NCBI GenBank assembly: GCA_036172245.1
Contig: JAYWIR010000013.1
Span: forward strand, 1,550,001-1,614,000
Direction: 5' to 3'
Length of the DNA: 64,000 bases
Source: Raillietiella orientalis
Lineage: Eukaryota
Positions 26,401 through 39,470 of the stretch are shown here, one piece after another. Both the position numbers and the translations under genes were made by a program. The notes beneath the pieces were generated by a model that did not search any database, was not told the origin of the DNA, and saw only the letters and a list, made by a program, of their open reading frames with translations. Every line of letters begins with the position of its first letter. The stretch's first letter is position 1.

Positions 26401-26551
26401 CAACGACATACACAATTGGAGAGAATGCCGTTCATTTTTAGATTTAATTACTCTTGGGAACCAAATTAGAATTCAACACTTACGATTTTTTAATGTCCAC
26501 ATCAGTGGATGATCTATTCAAACCAAGAATTTCATAATAATCTATTCCCAT
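17401..26551 (-). CDS. DNAJB13: DnaJ homolog subfamily B member 13-like (radial-spoke Hsp40)
   Basis: Exons 26551-26484, 25679-25443, 24123-23946, 21885-21753, 19108-18937, 17671-17401; all GT-AG and phase-consistent. Reads MGIDYYEILGLNRSSTDVDIKKSYRTLAL...EAYDVL...IYDQYGEEGLKTGIP...YVYH...EFFGSNNPYAD...LYLTLEEVYRGCMKKVKVTRQVLNGDG...GDLVFIVAEKPHP...GEGMP...GDLVIGF. The 3' end may be extended by splicing. Confidence 0.9.
18590..18800 (-). mobile_element. L1/Tx1-like ORF2 3' fragment in DNAJB13 intron 5
   Basis: AFWQRMSRCPLPSASLFLWR resembles the pre-zinc-finger W...P.k...FlWR motif. 18686-18796 is clearly homologous to 22324-22430. Confidence 0.55.
19600..21250 (-). mobile_element. Decayed LINE endonuclease-region relic in DNAJB13 intron 4
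   Basis: LSWGHLNS (degenerate GDFN, ~20620) is followed by RQELIESPLGLQETF and a degenerate SDH-like segment (~20090); GC/CpG-rich with many frameshifts. Confidence 0.4.
22250..23700 (-). mobile_element. L1/Tx1-like ORF2 3' half relic in DNAJB13 intron 3
   Basis: RSRARVLIPAC...LLVFLRQNRNIPRTLVSCTPKK (LS..GR..LI...FLW...PK pattern), then AFCQRIRLCPLPSKV at ~22330. Confidence 0.5.
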
Positions 26552-28739
26552 TTTCCTGGGATTGCATAGACTTCAGAACATGCGTTGCCACTTTATTTTA
26601 TTTGAAGCAGAAATTATATTTTGAATAGTTGGTGATTATTGGTCCTCACCTCCAACGCACAAAAAAAAATACAGGGCATCATTATGAAGGGAATCATGGT
26701 ACGAGAATGTTATTCAATACGTAAATCGAGGCCTACAAGCATTCTTTGATTCGTTAAACACAGACATTTGCCTTTACTCAGTTGAGTAGACTCTCACGAA
26801 TGCAATACACAGTCAAAACTTATTTTAATCCTCCGGCTATTTCAGCGCTTTTCCATAACTGAATGCTTTACATCAAAAGTATTCCAGAAAGTAACTAGAT
26901 TGCAATGAATTACTGATTTAAGTAGATGTAACCTTATGCTTTTCCCTTGAAAAACATTTGCAGTTTCGAATGATTGCTAAGACAGCCTGTGTGCAAATGC
27001 AGTTAATTTTTCGAAAATTCTGAATTGCAGGAATTAGTTAATTTCTTCATAACAAAAAATGAATTTTGACGTACTAATTCAACCACGAATCCAGTGCATG
27101 ACTTTTTAAGCTTTGTTTCATTGAGGCTGCCAAGGGTATGCTTTATACTCAATGCAACATGAATTTTTTATTCAGGTAAAAAACTGGTTCTTTAACATTT
27201 GATATCGGCAAAGGTCTGTTGAGATTGAAGGACAAGACATGAATACATAAAAATCTATCACTAGGTATCAAAACTTTACAAAAGTACGCCTTGAAGAAGA
27301 AATTTATTTCATTCTTCGTATTTGGAAGAGTATATTAGTGTTGTCTCAAGAAAAAAAGAAAAAAAAAGGAAAGGTGATTCCAGATTCACATGGAAAAAAA
27401 TTTTGATTTGCCTACTTATATGGAAAGAATGACAGCGTCTGTTTGCTTTTAGATAACTGGAACCTAAAGGTGTGATCATCAACAAGTAAGTAGGCCATCA
27501 TGTATTGGTTTTGGTCATAAGCTCAAGCTGATCGGAAAATTAGAAGAGATACCGAGTCTGTAATGACACAATTGATTCACCTTGAAAAACACGATTTCGT
27601 GAAGGAAGAAACAAAACAGACAAACTGAAATGCTGCTTTCTTTTACCACTTCCAGAGAAGACGGACCATTAATCTTTCGAGCATGATGAGCATGATTTTT
27701 ATTAAAAAAGGACTACAGTTCAAGCAAAGCTCACAACAGATGTCATTTGTTTATGGCTGAAGTACTCTTAAGGGTTTGTACTTTATGTTTACCTTGCTAT
27801 TCGAGATGAGAGTGCAGAGAAACGGTTGATAGGCAGAAGGGAAAATACGAAATTAACATAGAAGCAAATAAAGTAACCTCTTTTAAGAGTTCTTCACCAT
27901 CTGGTAGGAGCAATTGAAGAACAAAACTCTTCCATATAAAACTTTTCCAGGAAGATGTGAACATGAATGAGTGAACATATTTAGAAAGAGATTGTCTTAA
28001 GAACAAATGAAAAATATGAGAAAAAATAAACCCAATATTTAAACTGAAGTTTCTCCACCCAACGAGCTAACATGATAATATAACTGAATTGATCTTAATT
28101 GTTTCGTGAGAGCAAGGGAACACCACGAGATAAGGTCCAAAAAGGAAATTCTTTCGAGACTGATCTGTCGATGACTTCAGCCACTAATTGAAAAGTGCAT
28201 TTTACTATTGGATTTGAGTGTTTGATTTTTACAAATGATTCAAAGTGTTACTTCTCACTGTCTACTTGACATGAGCATGTGTATCGATGTCTTACTTCCC
28301 TCTGAATATGACAACAAAAACTCTCAGGTTTTGTTTTCCTTTTCACCTTCTATTTGAACTTGAACTTGGATTATTCTTGTGATACTCCCAAAAAGTAATC
28401 ATCGATTACGCATGCTGGCGTCTTGGAAAATCCTGTCATGAATCCATTCACAGTTGCTGTCCTGGGTCAGTCCAACAAACAAGGTCAACCTGTCTAAATC
28501 CTAAAGTTTTGTTCATTGCGGATTGCAGTGAATATAATCAAATAAGAATTTAAGTTATGCGACTACCAGTTAATCTGACACTAAGATACCGAGTCATCGA
28601 AACGGTGGCATGATTGATTATATCTGCCTTCGGTTATGCTCTTCAGATACGATTTCTCTATCCGAGGACTGAAACTTATCCGTCAATCGAAAGCTGAAGA
28701 AATGAAAGAGACATAATGACATAAAGGTAAAGGCATGAT

Positions 28740-28940
28740 GGTCAATTTATGCGCGTGGTTAGCGGTCAGGAAGCTCATGTTTTTTGTTCGAATGAGCAGT
28801 CTGGATCCGGACGCATCCTTGAAGTCTATTTCATGAAAAAAATCCATCAATGTCCCAAGACAACAACATATCTAGACGATGACGTTTGCAGAAAATTAGG
28901 CCAAGCCTCATTATTTCTAGACTTGAAAGGTGGAATCTAA
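28740..28940 (+). mobile_element. Possible very decayed LTR-type reverse transcriptase fragment
   Basis: YLDD in CPKTTTYLDDDV; flanking similarity is weak. Confidence 0.2.
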
Positions 28941-30599
28941 AAGAGTTCTGGATTGAAAGAGTTCTAGCTTCTGTTCTAAAACTGAGAGTGGTAGTGGAAA
29001 ACTAATAATCAGACTCCACATCCAATAAATTAAAGGACACTCCTACTTACAGTTAGATGAACGTTACACCATTCAAAAAACGAAGAATATTTGCTCTAAA
29101 CGGATGTCGTACATCAGGTGGACGTGAAAGACATCTTCAAGGCTCTTGAATTGGCACCTGTTGGACTTCAAGAGTGAAACCAGCACCTCATCCAACCAAA
29201 CCAGAGGCAGATTTTGTGGATGTGCATGATGCTGACTGAGTTTCTTAGCAAGTTCCCCGTGTGCGTTAACATGGCACACCCTAGTTTCCAAGATTCCATT
29301 TCAGCTTATGTTGGTCTACTGCTTACCTACTGCTACTTAGGGATATGGCTGAACCAAAGCAACCTTTTATATTACATATTCCACCTATGAAAATCCGATT
29401 GAAGTACAGAATTTTAATCACCCAGAAAAAAAATTGCATCAACGAATTCGTATTTCCAAGTTTTTTAAGTAGCTCTAGTTTGTGTTTTCCCTATACTTTT
29501 GTAAGATACTGTATGCTAGTATAAAGTATAGAAACTAATAAAATGGAACAGCCCAATTATCAGGGGTATAATATTTTGCGAAACAAATTCCACTGAACTC
29601 TGCATCATAACTTCGAAGTTAGCATGTTGCTACCTAGCAACATGCTAAGAACCGGTAGCATAATGTCTTTAGGGACAGATATTTGGTATTCTCATTGAAC
29701 AGCCACTGACCGATTGCAACACTGATAAAAGATTCCAAGTCCTATAAGCTGTTGGGGCAGTTTGAGTGACAACGTTTATGAAAGATAAAATACTATTTGG
29801 AAGTTTTAATACATACAGTCACATATTCTTAAGAAGCATGGATCATTTCAAAGGAAGAATAATCATTCTTGATACCATTCTTCAGGGTACTTGTGAAGGG
29901 TACACTCATCAATCTAATCTCCAGGTAGATCAAAAATTCACATATTCCTACAAAACTGAGTGTAGGGTGAGTACGCAGAAAAATAGTTGCTTTTTTTCAA
30001 TTGTCTAATGAGTGTTCTTGAATTTTTTTTAATTTCCGAAAAGATCAGCAATACGCAGGCAAAGACAGAAAATCTTGCGTATCCTGGTAACACTGGCTGA
30101 CTAGAACTTTGGAGTTGCAGCCATCCTTGTTGCTCATTCAGGGCACCGTTTTAACGCTGCTTAATCCAAATGGAGCTTCTTTAATCCGATGGCATCAGTC
30201 GTCACAGGATGCTTCTGGCAACATTTTCACATTGAGTTGAGAGTACCAAACTGTAATTGCTACCTGATCCCTTTGGAGGCACGGTTACGCTTCAGTTCTT
30301 GCAATGGCTTGAGTTACGTCGTTACTGATGTTATCATATAATGTTCTGTGACTAGAGAGGGAATAGCTTAAGTTTTCGTTTATTCTTGTGGCACTTTCTC
30401 GATGCTCGCTTAGCAGACAGATTGCTGTTCCTAGTGCTCTCCTCCTCCTCTTTTATTTATCTGGAAGTTTCATTTCTTCACGAGCAATCGCTTCCACGCG
30501 TGAACGTGGTCATTGATTCACAAGCTCAACTAAGTTCTGCGCTTAGTGTGTTTGCTATTTCCTGACAACTCACTTTCTCAAGTAACACTGGAAGTAAAG

Positions 30600-31400
30600 T
30601 TGTGAAGAGCAGTCTGGTAGCTCAGCATTCTTTCTGAAATTTCTCTGCATGCCATTTTGACAAGTGATCGTACTAAAGGTTACAGGATTTCTGTCAGCAA
30701 AAAGAGGGTCCAGTTGCAACAGCACGCAAGTGACTCTTTCATCTTGTCTCCTGCTTCTCAGAAGGATTTGAGGAACTACCGCCCTTTAGGAATATCGTCT
30801 TGGCATTCCAGATGGATTTCTAATCCATCTTGTTTCCGGGATCTTCAAACTTTGTTACTTAGACAAAGTGTCTTCGGTGGGATTTGAATGAATTTATGCA
30901 TTCTGCTCTTGTGCGTAGGACTCTGTGTGCTTGTTTGAATACTCTTACCGCAGAAGCCTGACCCACCGAATTCATGTGCACGCTTTGCGTTTTGGGAGAA
31001 AGGCTAATTCTATCAAATGTTTTAAAAGCACCACACATGCTCGTGCATTTTAGTTTCCAATACAGTTGGTGAAGTGTGTGAAAAAGCAAGTGGTGCTGTT
31101 TCTGACGACCTACAAGTTTGCTAGCCGGTTCCTCGGATTCAATCTTAATTCAATCATCAAGAACACATGGAAACTTTATCATAAGTTTTTGCAAGTCTTT
31201 TGGAGCAGACTTGGCTTAGGAGAAAACTGCTTTACAACCCTTCTTGATGAAAAGGAGACGTTTGAGAGACAATCATGCTCGCTTCCCGCTCTTTCTGCTG
31301 TATTCCTAGCTTACAGGTTTTTTCCTTGTAATCGTAGTTAGAGTTCCAATGGACCCTTTTTCAATGATGATCTTCCATACTGATGATACGCATCTTTAAA
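30600..31400 (+). mobile_element. Decayed non-LTR RT fragment
   Basis: QKDLRNYRPLGI (the nyRPIs motif), then LLRQSVFG and GRLILSNV (Q.GF...GR.I.dN positions). Confidence 0.5.
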
Positions 31401-31899
31401 GATGGTATTTCCAATGGTTCATTTCTCACACATCTGTGTATCTTATGATCGCAAGCTCAAACTAGAAAACAAGATTCATGACATCTTGATTTATATTAGA
31501 ACTCGAGATTTCCAAATTTCGAGAACATTCACCGTTTGTAAGGCAGAAACAGAAATGTGCAAAACCTCATAACTTATGACGTTAATTTTTTTATTTTTGC
31601 TTTTTATAACGAAAGACTAATAAAATAAAATCGCTTAATTGAAAAAACTGGATGCATTCGAATTTTTGGATGGAATCCTGCAATTTCTCACGTAGTTGCA
31701 TTTCTAGTCAGCTGGCATGCTTGATACATAAGGGCACAGTCTTTCTGGTGTACTGCACTATCTCTTGCTATTCTTAAGTAACTTTGAAGAACTGCAGGAA
31801 GAAGCCTCTCTAAAGAACTATTTCAAAATAAGAATCACCATTACACTGAATAAAAATTCGTTTACCCAAATACAAATTCGGACAATCGAAACGTTCCCA

Positions 31900-32400
31900 G
31901 AAAAACTCCCAGATCGCAGAGTGTTCTCTCTAAACATCCATAATCTCCCATCAGTGCGAACAACGCTCTTGCAGAAACTAGCAATGTACTGTATTCCAGT
32001 GTTCTCAAATAATCGATGTAATATGATAGGTATTGCTTAATATTAAGTTGCACTTGGGTGCTCTGGGGTGACGCGAAATTCATCAGCATGCAAATTATGA
32101 CCAAAGTAACCACCGGGTACATTCTGCAAACCTTTGAAGAAATATTCGAAATCAGCATTTTATATAGACGCAATTGCCTTGAAGCCATTGACACTGGTAT
32201 CAGCATAGGACATGAGCAGTCGGCGTACACTATTCGAACCTGAAGCTTTATTTTTACACAAAACAGCGAACCCTTGTCACACACTAAGCATAGGACCTAT
32301 TCGATCACCCAATGGAGGTGATGTATGTCAAGAAGACATCCGTCTCTGTTGATCACCAAATGCTCTTTGCCTCAGTGCTTTCAGTTCATTATGCGGCTCA
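31900..32400 (-). mobile_element. Decayed non-LTR RT fragment
   Basis: SV*QG (VRQG with CGA>TGA) at ~32275, followed by LLMSYADT (YADD position) at ~32200. Confidence 0.45.
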
Positions 32401-34576
32401 TTAAGCTGCACAATAAAGGTCAACATAGGTGATACAAAAAAATTCTTCGACTAGATAATGAAAATCAGCAAAAATGGTCAACCAGAAAAAAAGTGACAAA
32501 TCAGTTTGCTGTTTACAAACTTATCCCCCATAACAAGGACCTAAGGAATACTCTGCGGAGCCGCAAGTGTGGGGGTGTCTTAAGGTCAACATTCATAATA
32601 TCAGATTCCATTATGAATACACGAAGAATGAAAGGCAGCCGGCGAGTGAATGTTTCGTGGAGGGGAGAGAGGGAGAGGGGAGGGGGAGGGGACAATAACT
32701 ATTGAGAATGCTTTTCTCGATTGTTCGTGAGCTCACTGTCTGAACGAAGTTACTTTTTTTGCATGTCCTTAGGGCAGTTACGTTCTAATCTTGAGAATGC
32801 AGGAGTGTGCAAAGAATTTTTTTTCAATGTGCTCTGTCATATAGCTTCTGAGTGTGAATTGTTTGAGGGCAAATACAGAGTTTTGTTTTTATGATCTAAA
32901 ATGACACAAAATCTATGAAATCAAGGGTGATACATCCTTTCTCTACAGTGAAGCAGAATGTGCAGTAGGATTTTTATGATGATATGTGGGTATTTCATAG
33001 ATGATAATACCCTCCATTGTTTTGTTTTGTTTTTTTGCCTTAACTGTAGCATCATCAATCGATGTCTCAGTAGCACAAACAAAAGCATTACTGAATTCTG
33101 AATGTTAATTTGGTTGTATTTCGTAGTATGTGAACTCTTCTATTTTTTTCCGATTTCTGCTTTCTTTTCTACTTTTACTGTCATTCATTCTGTATGTTTT
33201 CAATTGCTAGGCCAAATTAATCTCAATAGTAATTCAGTGTAATCTTACGACGCCTAATCACGTTTCATAATTCTTAAAGGGGTCTCTTCAAAAATATTCT
33301 TTCTTCTCTACTGTAGTCTTGTTTGTTTTTTCGCAGTTGTTTTGCAGACTCTCAATACTGAATGTATGCCAATGTTTTTTCGTAGTTGTTTTCGATGTTG
33401 TGTTTTTTAATGACAGAAGACTTTATTAAAAGTTTTCGAAACGTATGCTGTCACAACGAATCTAAGCTATTCTCTGGGGAATAAGTAGTTTTACACAGTT
33501 CAGAAACCTTAAGATATTAAAGAGGCATTATATTTTCCCAGACAGTGCCAATGAACCCAGCTTTTTAACAAAAAATATAACTTTCAATACAGTGACCTTT
33601 GAAAATTCGAGCTAGCAGCTCACCTTGCTTATAGTTGAGGGAAAGTGTCAGTGTTACAAAGTCTCAGAAAGAGCCTGAGAGTAATTGGAAAACAAAAAAA
33701 ATGTTTTGTCAAAAAAAAAAAAAAATGCAAGTTGAATTCGTAGTACTCCCAGTTGGCATTGGTTAGAAAATTTCATTTCACAATCTATACAAAATTGTAA
33801 TGACCAAGTGATACTATTCATTGTAAAATGGAAGGTAATGGCGATTTATTACGAAGATCATGACTCACATAGAATCAAAATCAAAAAAATAGTCTGGAAT
33901 ATACTCACAACACAGTCCTAAATGCTAAGACCCATCTTATGTACGTTACCACTTCGAGATGGACATGGAGAGAGATTTGTTTCGATCAAAAAAGCATTGC
34001 ATCTTGTCCACGTAACACAATTCAAAAAATTCAAAAGGGAACAATTTCATTGAAAATGAAAGCCAAGTCAAGGAAAAGCAGCAACAGAGTTACGGAAAAT
34101 TTTGACTATTCAAATAAAGGTAGAAGGTTTATAAACATAGGAGACAGGACTATATTAATTTCATGTAAAACATATATTGGACCCTGTAAATTATGGTATC
34201 CATTAGGGTACCATAGTTTACAGAATCCAATATAAACATGTATGCAAATGTGCACTTAAATGCTTTCCCTCCCTTGAGCTTTAGGTTGCTAAATATTGTA
34301 ATCGGGGTTCCGAAAGTAAGCAAAACAAGCAACTACTGTGCTTCCATCAAATTAGATGCCAAGTGAATGCAAATAATTAACAGGAATCAAAACTTTTGTG
34401 TGCAAGATGCACTGAGCAATCCCCTAGGCTCAGAATAACAAATTTATTCAAATGATTGCGAATATATATTATATCATGCTCATGGTGACTCGTAAGCTCA
34501 TCAGTTCATTATTATTTTCACCATGGAAAAATCTGATGTTGATTTCAGTACCATATTTCCATTAACATCACAACTT

Positions 34577-37500
34577 TCACTGCTTCCTTTTTCTAAGATG
34601 AATGGGAGACCTACACCCTGTTAAGTTTATCTGGAAATACCAGAAACACACTTATAATAACCAACACACATAAAATAGCAAACATGAAGAACTAACTCTA
34701 ATTACTCTTACTATTTTAGGTGAAGTAGGGGGCACATAAAGATGCTTGGATGGTGTTTTACTAATTAAAATAGGACTAGATTTCTTGCTTTGCTGGGGAC
34801 TGCAATTTTCTTTATTCTCACACAGATCTGTTGCTTCCTGGGAAGATATTTCGACTTTATAGCGCTTTGCCCGGAGAGCGTTTGCATTCTGGAATTACAG
34901 CACAGTTAGGAACATCTCATCTACACGGCCTACACATTTTACTTTGCCATTTTTCCGTTTACATTTGGTTGCACGTGTGGTCTCCAATACTATGGTACAA
35001 TCTTTGGAAACGCTTTTTTCACCATGTGTGGTGTGTTGAGTATCTGATTCTGCATCTAATACATCAGCATCCATGACACAGCTTTTTCTATTCTGCTGTT
35101 CCGATATGTCATTTTCCATCTATCACGCTGTCAAACATGTATTTCTCATAAATATTCTAACCTGTACATCCTTTTGAAGTTTATTTCGTTTTCGTAAATG
35201 TGGGTGGGATACTGGTGCTACCTGGGGAAATTTTTCGTTTGTTTACATTAAGCCATCAAAAATCCACTTACTGTTATTCCAGTAGATTGCTCTCTACACT
35301 GCTGCTGCAAATTTACTTGTTTTTCTGGTAAATGGCTTGTTGTCTCTTGTCGTCCTTTCAGCTTCAAACATAGTTCTGAGTTCTCCTTCTTCAATTTCTC
35401 ATTTTCCAATATTAAAGCATTCCATAGCTCTTCAAAATGCATCTTTATTTTTTCCCTTTCAAATTCGAGGGCCATATCCAAGGTTTTCTCATAATGTTCT
35501 TCCAAGTCTTTTCTTTCTTGCTCCTGTCTAGCCCTTTGGAAAATGTTACTCATCACTGATGCATGATATACATACTTATGATTCTCTTGCATTCTGATAA
35601 TGATTTTTTGATAACGAGCAGCTACCTCCTTGCGTATTTGCATTTCTTTGTCACATGTGCAACTTTGTAAAACAGTATTACCTTGGTTGCAAACATCAGG
35701 CTTCACATGTTTTATTTCATCTTGCATCTCAATTGATTCTGAGTTACTCGTAAACATATGAACATTGAACATTTGATACGCACCATCCTGAATAGCTGAC
35801 AAAAGAAAGGTATCTTGCTCATTTGAAATAAATTCAGGAACTTTTTTTTGTACTGCAGTTGAACATATTTGTTTTGGAACCTCCCTTGCTTTCTGAACTG
35901 TTATCTGGAACGAGATGTATCACAATTTTCCACTCCCATTTTGACACCTTAGAAGCCAGGGCTGCAAATTGGAGAACACGGAATGTGTCATCAATTGTAC
36001 TTGGGGTCACTGACACATTAGCAACCATGGCTAGATGACCAAAACCACGTAGGTATGCCTTGAACAGTTGGGTCAGCTTTGAATCTCGATATGGTGCAAC
36101 TGCTTTTGGTTCACGATGCTGGTTTTCTCGTAACTGATGAAGGCACCTTCCCAGCACCATGAGGGATGCATTGATGTCCGCAGCTTCCTTTAGACGATCA
36201 TCCTTGGTTTGGGCTTTGTCACTCCTTTCCAGTCCGGCTAAGTCACAGAAGACAAAACTGAAACAATTCATATCTCATCAATGCAGAAGAATAGTTCAAT
36301 AACCTGGATACACGAACATCAGCTGCTGAACATTTCTCCCTTGGAAATTTCATTATACGGATGCTGAAAATGCAATGGGAACGAGATGAGCTGTGGTTTA
36401 AGGCAGTAGAGGCAAAATGCAAATTCTGATTAGCAGCAAGCAGCAACTGCCATATTTCCTCTGCACTGTCCACAGGCAGCCATGTCAATCCTAATAGGGA
36501 GATACATATCTCCTCATTACAGTATATTTTACCTTTGATGTAGGTTCTTTTCTGATCATCCTCACCAAGCTGCAATGAAGACTGCTTTTTTGTGCTCTTC
36601 TCTTTTACAAAAAGATCGTAAATAGTTTCTTTGTAGATTTCTGCCATAGATATCCAGACACTGAAGCGAGCACTGCTTTCTGCTAACATTTTGATCAAAA
36701 TTAATGTGGGAATGTAACAATGAATGAACTTGAGTACCTAATTGAGTAAACTTGGTTGAAAATAAATTAGATGCCCCTCTGCAATTCTAAACAACCAATG
36801 AACTGATGTAAATAGCAATTTTTAGTGTGTTTACCTTGAGTAATGATCCACTCAATAACTTTTGTTTTGTTTTCAGCAGCACTTGCATTTGAGCATCTGA
36901 AAAATGCAGAAAGCTATCAAACTTGTCAGGAACTAAGGATTCCATGCACTGTGCACACTTTTGTAGGGCATACATAATGTGTCCCACAGCTAATGGCAGG
37001 ATTCCAGGCTCATTGTCTGTACCTAGAGAGGAAATAATTAGACAAGTTGTGAAGTTATAACAGCACTGACCCATGAAGGTGAATGTTTTCCCACTGCCTG
37101 TCACACCATAAGTAAAGACTAATTCATGGGAACCTTGTAGCATGCACTGAACTTGAGGAGCAACCATTGCCTCATATATTTCAGTCTGAGTTGACTCTTC
37201 TGAGAAAACTTTGGTAAACACAAAACTAGAACTTTAGGAAATATAAAATAATGGTTAAAAATATGCAAAGCATTATCTAAAAGAGAAAATCCTCAAATTA
37301 ACTAATCAGGTTTAATTCAATAAAATATAAGGTTAAGTTCTATTAATTTATTCTTAATTCAGAAAGAGGTTTTGATATGTAAAACAATGAAGGCAAGCAG
37401 AGGAGTTTTTTTCTTAAAACAGTGCATAGCCAACCAGGAACATAAATCAAAAAAACAACAGCTGTGAGCAGGCAAACATAAATGCTTGATGTTGATTCTT

Positions 37501-39290
37501 GTTGATTACTATTCCACTATTGCAAACAATTCAAAGAGCAAATAAAAAGTAAAAAAAGAAAAATTTTCATATCAGAATTATCTAAAACTGGAATTTGCGG
37601 ACTTATGTCACCTTTTTAGACTATACACATCACATTGCAAAGGAGAAGCATGATTATTATAGACTAAGCCATAAAGAGCAGCATGCACATGGAAGGAACC
37701 AAAAAAAAAAAAAAATTCATTTATATTAGAGTGCACACCAAATCAGCTAGTATTGCACAAATGAACTTCTGAATATACGATGAAATATAAGTATTAAAAA
37801 GAAATTAATGAAGAAAACTGTAGCAACAGCTATAGTTAAGGTTTAGTAGTCATATGCAAGTGAATCTAGAGGTTGGAACTTCAGTATGAGTGCAGCAATA
37901 ACACAGAATTTGATTGTAAACAATGAGAAAAGTTTGTATCAAGTATTTTACAATATCAAAAGTTGTTTTACATACCAATGAAGTGCAAAAAATAATTAAA
38001 AATTGCAGTTAATGTTTTACATGGCTAATTTCGAGTTGTCAGAGTGTGTGGCATTAGAAAACACACAAAGGCATATTCACACACAAGAATATGAACAGAT
38101 ATACCTTAAATCCATCATCAAACACAATAGTAGACTGAAAACCAATCTCTGGACAAAAAGGTCATTAAAGGTAATGTGTTCACAGGAAAATCAGTCAACA
38201 ATGTAATGATAAACTGAATGGACTCTACGTTAAAAATATGGAGTATGAAATAGCAACCACTCTTCAGATAAATTGATTACTAAAGTGCTTGTAGCAGTAT
38301 GGTCATGACAAGAGCTATGAACATTTACAAATGATGTATTAGTCTGAAATGAACAATAAACAGGTACTGATAAAGTTTTAAACCAGAATAGGGCACTGAA
38401 ATAACAAAGTGGTCCACTACACAACTGAGGCTATCCTGAAGGAAAATCCGGAAAAAGTCATAAGTAACATGACACTGCTTGGACTGCATAATTCATGAAG
38501 TACAAAAGTTTAGCTTTAATAGGAAAATTAGGAAACGGCAATGAATTCACTGGAATGCATGTGTGCCTACTGAAACTTAATAAGTGGCACGAGCAGTTTT
38601 AATGAACAGAAATCGACTTTTCATCGTATAAAGTGAGCATATGTACAACTAATGTACATAAAAAAATTATTCCCTCAGTTTAATAAATTGAACTAGTTTC
38701 CGGAAATTCACAATAAAATCCCCGATATGGAACTTTTTAGAATATGGATTATCGTCCATTAGCTGAGGAAAACATGGAAAATCAACTTTTCTGATCCAGT
38801 CACAAAACATTACAACTTTTAAAACTGATTAGGCATACATTCCAACGTTAATAATGTGAAAATTATACATGAAGTGCAATTCTTTCGCTTTTAAGAGCGA
38901 ATCAAATGCAAATTATATTAAATCAAAACTATATTAATCTGCAATCAGTTTTATTTACCTTTTCAATACTTTATCATCACATGATACCTTTACTGTTAAC
39001 ATGGATCCATTTTCAGTAATACAATACTGCACAGTCTGGAAATATATCAAATAAAGTTTCTAACTAAAGATGTCATATCATACATTTGTACCGCTAGCTG
39101 AATCTGGTGTTTCATTACTACGGATTCTCAGAAACACTTTAAGATCATTTCTAGATTTACAAAAAACTTCATCATATAAATTTTTGATTACACCGCTGCT
39201 AATCAAAGTGCTGTGTAAGGGAGCTGTGGTATCCTTAATGTGAATTTCTGAGAAACCTTCACGTCTAAGGGTGATACTCGTTGCATCCAT
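34577..39290 (-). CDS. KIF20: Kinesin-6 family motor (KIF20A/MKLP2/Subito-like)
   Basis: Exons 39290-39084, 39035-38959, 37225-37071, 37022-36835, 36786-36738, 36682-36533, 36490-36304, 36257-35948, 35904-35272, 35221-35162, 35119-34943, 34888-34712, 34630-34577. Motifs: KVFLRIR, P-loop FTYGVTGSGKT, loop-6 insertion before FSVWISMAEIYKETIYDL, NHSSSRSH, CDLAGLER, PYRDSKLT. Coiled-coil tail with a KEN sequence; AATAAA on the - strand at 34448-34443. Confidence 0.92.
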
Positions 39291-39399
39291 GTCCTCATTA
39301 CGCCACAAACAAAGTTAAAAACACGAACTAAACTACAAAAAGAAAGCAAATTTACTAACACCACACTTACTAATAAGTGTTTCAATTAACATTCCATGA

Positions 39400-39470
39400 T
39401 AAAGCCAATAACACTTCAAACAACTCACCTTTTTTCGTTTGAATATCCCGAAAAAATTTCTAGCCAATCA
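39400..39470 (-). promoter_or_regulatory. Candidate cell-cycle promoter elements of the kinesin gene
   Basis: AGCCAAT at 39403 and 39462; TTTGAA (CHR-like) at 39438 (+) and 39420-39415 (-); GTGAGT donor of a probable 5'UTR exon at 39428. Confidence 0.3.
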
